Shown piece after piece: positions 5,688 to 7,454 of a stretch of DNA of 7,454 nucleotides. The notes below the pieces were generated by a model, which saw only the letters and a program-made list of their open reading frames with translations, was not told where the DNA came from and did no database searches. The first letter of the stretch is position 1. Each line of letters starts with the position of its first letter. The DNA comes from a virus. Where the stretch lies: positions 1-7,454 of the IMG/VR virus record IMGVR_UViG_3300047400_000149; one strand, given 5' to 3'. The translations under genes were made by a program, and so were the position numbers.

Positions 5688-6389
5688 CTAGATCAAAACG
5701 CTAATGAAAACAGTCTCGTCGGCCTCGAGCTGCTCGAGCCCACCGCCTGCCAGGGCTCCCAGCGGCTTGATTCGAGTCTCGTTCTCGTAGACTTCTGCCG
5801 TCCAGTCCTGGCCCTCGTAATAGAGAACGCGCTCCCTGGCCAAGTAGAGAACCTTCGACACGGCGAAAGGCACTGAGATGTAACCCTTTGCTAGATCTTG
5901 CGCTGTGATCAGATACGGGTTGATCGAATACTTGGCCGAAGAGATGGCCGAAATGAATAGTTGATCGCCTGCCTCGATAGCCTCGGGCGATGGGGCAAGC
6001 ATTGGATCCCTGAGCGTGACGCGAGCCCCACCAAGGGTTGGCACCATACTCCAGTCCTGGCCCTCGTTGTATAGAACGCGCTCCCGGCTAATGTAGAAAA
6101 TCTGCTCGATTGATCCAGTGAGATCGAAGTAGCCACGCACGACGTCTTGGGTGGAAACCGTGTACGGGATATACTTGAACCCGCTCACGTTCACGTTGTT
6201 TGCAATCACGGCCTTGGGTCCGAGGATCAACTTCCAGTCCGCGCTCGAGCTGCTGCCCGTTGCCACATAGACCGACATTGTCGTCGTGTTGACGAAGGTT
6301 GCCCCAGCCACAACCGGGGCCTGAGTTGGATCGGTAGTCTGGATCAGCGGAGCATAGAGTGGCGGATTGTAGGTGCGATTGAATCCCAT
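5688..6389 (-). CDS. Putative tail-fibre-associated protein (233 aa): N-terminal ~70 aa plus a tandemly duplicated ~80-aa domain
   Basis: ATG start with a GAGGAG SD 8 nt upstream. The start overlaps the upstream stop by 1 nt (TGATG). Res 72-149 and 153-233 are clear repeats (KYIPYTVSTQDVVRGYFDL...ISRERVLYNEGQDWS...EAGDQLFISAI versus KYSINPYLITAQDLAKGYISV...LARERVLYYEGQDWT...EADETVFISVLI). The gene lies directly upstream of the fibre gene. Confidence 0.68.
   Translation of the reverse strand: MGFNRTYNPPLYAPLIQTTDPTQAPVVAGATFVNTTTMSVYVATGSSSSADWKLILGPKAVIANNVNVSGFKYIPYTVSTQDVVRGYFDLTGSIEQIFYISRERVLYNEGQDWSMVPTLGGARVTLRDPMLAPSPEAIEAGDQLFISAISSAKYSINPYLITAQDLAKGYISVPFAVSKVLYLARERVLYYEGQDWTAEVYENETRIKPLGALAGGGLEQLEADETVFISVLI
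5691..6176 (-). repeat. Tandem in-frame duplication (period ~81-83 codons) inside the 233-aa gene
   Basis: Copy 1 spans 5943-6176 and copy 2 spans 5691-5933. The conserved core RERVLY(N/Y)EGQDW sits exactly 249 nt apart, with near-identical DNA at 6051-6088 and 5802-5840. Confidence 0.85.
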
Positions 6390-6799
6390 CAGGCCAGCTC
6401 CTCGATCACGGGGGTCGTCACGTCGGTGGTGACCTCCTTGATCCGCACATAGACTTGAACAGAGGACGAAAGACTCACTTCTTTGATGCCGCCCGCCCCG
6501 ATCTCATAGCCTGTTAGGTTTGCCGGATCGTTCGTGTAGTTCCAGAGCAGCGTCCACTTTTTGTCGGTGTTCTGGATCAAAATGCTTTTCCTATTTTCCA
6601 GTGCCGCAGATGGTGCCGCGACCCATGCAGAGTGGTTGACTGAGATCGTCGAGATGCGCCCCAGATCGTAGGGCTTGATCCCGGTGGCGCCGCCCTGGGG
6701 AATGACGTGTAAACCGCGTCTGCCAGAGTCATCGACCGAATTCCCGATCGGGGAATCGCGATCCATGTATAGCGGGCTTAGGACGTTGGTCTCAGACAT
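6389..6799 (-). CDS. Hypothetical protein (136 aa), possibly virion-associated
   Basis: ATG start that overlaps the upstream ORF stop by 8 nt. Its own stop overlaps the next start by 1 nt, which suggests translational coupling. The core NRKSILIQNTDKKWTLLWNYTNDPANLTGYEIGAGGIKEVSLSSSVQVYVRI resembles the 107-aa protein at 2504-2827 in pattern and spacing. Confidence 0.6.
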   Translation of the reverse strand: MSETNVLSPLYMDRDSPIGNSVDDSGRRGLHVIPQGGATGIKPYDLGRISTISVNHSAWVAAPSAALENRKSILIQNTDKKWTLLWNYTNDPANLTGYEIGAGGIKEVSLSSSVQVYVRIKEVTTDVTTPVIEELA

Positions 6800-7076
6800 G
6801 ACCGACCTTTACCCGTTTCTTTTTGATCCCGCGACACCTCGCACAAAGTTTGGTCGCGACGGTGCCCTGCTGATAGTCCTTGAGCATATAGACCTTCGCG
6901 CAGCTCTGGCAGGTCCGCGTGCGGCATTCTTGGCAAACGCCGGAACGGTGTTGGGTCGTGTTGAGGCAACCCGTCAAGATGCAAAGCGGGTCACGGCTTA
7001 CGCGGGTTGGCATCTCCCGCAGTATCGTGCAAGCGGCGTCTAACCGCAAGCAGCGCCGCAGCGCCTTGAACCGCAA
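6792..7076 (-). CDS. Cys-rich small basic protein, putative zinc-ribbon (start uncertain)
   Basis: The ORF-track start at 7076 is actually TTG with no SD. Alternative starts are TTG 7049 and ATG 7013, where GGGAG sits directly against the ATG. The protein has ten Cys, including CQEC-x4-CQSC-x18-CARC, and a basic tail (IKKKRVKV). Strand and tight packing match the neighbours. Codon use is plausible but not decisive. Confidence 0.45.
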   Translation of the reverse strand: MRFKALRRCLRLDAACTILREMPTRVSRDPLCILTGCLNTTQHRSGVCQECRTRTCQSCAKVYMLKDYQQGTVATKLCARCRGIKKKRVKVGHV

Positions 7077-7315
7077 ACGTGCGGCACTTCAAATTCAGAC
7101 TCAAGGATCATGATCGCCCGCTCAGGATCGAGCTTCGTGGTATCCACCACTGCCCCAGCGGCAGACCTTGCGACCTCGCGCTCAAGCCTGGCCCGCTCAA
7201 TCTGCGACTGCTCGAGCTTCTTTTTGTACCAAGAAACCTCATAGCGCAGCGCGCTAACTTCCTTGGCCACGATGTTGCAAAATTCGCAGTGCGTATTACC
7301 GTCGAGATAGCTCAT
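7040..7315 (-). CDS. Hypothetical small protein (91 aa) with an N-terminal CxxC and a central coiled coil
   Basis: ATG start with a strong GGAGGA SD ~9 nt upstream. The central segment is heptad-like and charged (VSALRYEVSWYKKKLEQSQIERARLEREVA). Motifs HCEFC near the N-terminus and CGSRRCGAAC at the C-terminus are present. Confidence 0.6.
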   Translation of the reverse strand: MSYLDGNTHCEFCNIVAKEVSALRYEVSWYKKKLEQSQIERARLEREVARSAAGAVVDTTKLDPERAIMILESEFEVPHVCGSRRCGAACG

Positions 7316-7454
7316 TGATTACGTCCTCCAGTTTTCGGGCTACAAACCCGATTCCCCCGGCCATGTCCCAGGACCGGAGAAAAGCCCGCTGTTCTGGGCT
7401 TACCCTTCCGGTCTCGGTCTTCACTTCAATGGCAAGGGGCCGTCCCTGCCAGAT
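7296..7454 (-). CDS. VRR-NUC-type (PD-(D/E)xK) nuclease, C-terminal part (partial; gene starts beyond the right edge)
   Basis: Hand translation of the minus strand from 7454 gives IWQGRPLAIEVKTETGRVSPEQRAFLRSWDMAGGIGFVARKLEDVINELSRR*. The I-E-V-K-T-x2-G-x-(L/V)-S-x-x-Q core followed by G-x-x-x-x-V-x-R/S-x-E-D is the characteristic C-terminal half of VRR-NUC domains. The stop is TAA at 7296-7298, 20 nt inside the next gene. Confidence 0.62.
   Translation of the reverse strand: MWQGRPLAIEVKTETGRVSPEQRAFLRSWDMAGGIGFVARKLEDVINELSRR

Noticed and set aside
6675-7043. Alternative ORFs 6675-7043 (+) and 6778-6984 (-) in the Cys-rich gene region
   Set aside because: They conflict with the unidirectional, coupled minus-strand gene chain and lack SDs. 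The chosen frame has regularly spaced CxxC pairs, which are unlikely by chance. The Cys-rich gene call itself remains only moderate in confidence.
495-7216. Apparent excess of CTCGAG (9 sites by eye: 495, 789, 1967, 2042, 2628, 5724, 5733, 6244, 7211)
   Set aside because: This is higher than a rough base-composition expectation of ~2-3. However, the hexamer is its own reverse complement, and where I checked the reading frame it corresponds to a Leu-Glu dipeptide (CTC GAG) in these minus-strand genes. Codon and dipeptide bias is therefore a sufficient explanation. I have no evidence for a functional site.
1-7454. tRNA, rRNA, CRISPR array, integrase/att site, or toxin-antitoxin or other defence cassette
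   Set aside because: Only three non-coding gaps exist (46, 147 and 88 nt). None shows cloverleaf potential or spaced direct repeats. No ORF has recombinase, RT, Cas or toxin-like motifs that I can recognise.

Overview
The window reads as a phage or prophage segment. All twelve supportable genes lie on the minus strand and are tightly packed, with 1-20 nt start/stop overlaps. Reading along the minus strand (7454 to 1), the order is: the 3' end of a VRR-NUC-type nuclease gene, two small Cys-containing proteins, a 136-aa protein, a 233-aa protein made of a tandemly duplicated ~80-aa domain, an 874-aa highly repetitive tail-fibre gene, a strong rho-independent terminator, two small beta-rich proteins, a ParB-nuclease-domain::DNA methyltransferase fusion, the small terminase subunit, and the N-terminal ATPase half of the large terminase subunit. 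The large terminase gene is open at the window edge, so it is missing from the ORF track; I translated it by hand. I found no tRNA, rRNA, CRISPR array, transposase, integrase or reverse transcriptase. I cannot point to a clear new system. The points most worth a second look are these. (1) The methyltransferase catalytic core shows a sharp GC and codon-usage drop inside an otherwise ~60% GC gene. (2) The fibre gene looks like several fibre modules joined end to end. It sits as a self-contained, lower-GC cassette between the nuclease/early-type genes and the packaging genes. (3) One ~80-aa domain occurs three times: twice in the 233-aa protein and once at the fibre C-terminus. (4) The terminator ends only 17 nt before the next start codon, so expression of the packaging genes seems to need read-through. 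All functional calls rest on motif recognition by eye. No database search was possible, and GC values are approximate hand counts on 60-nt lines.
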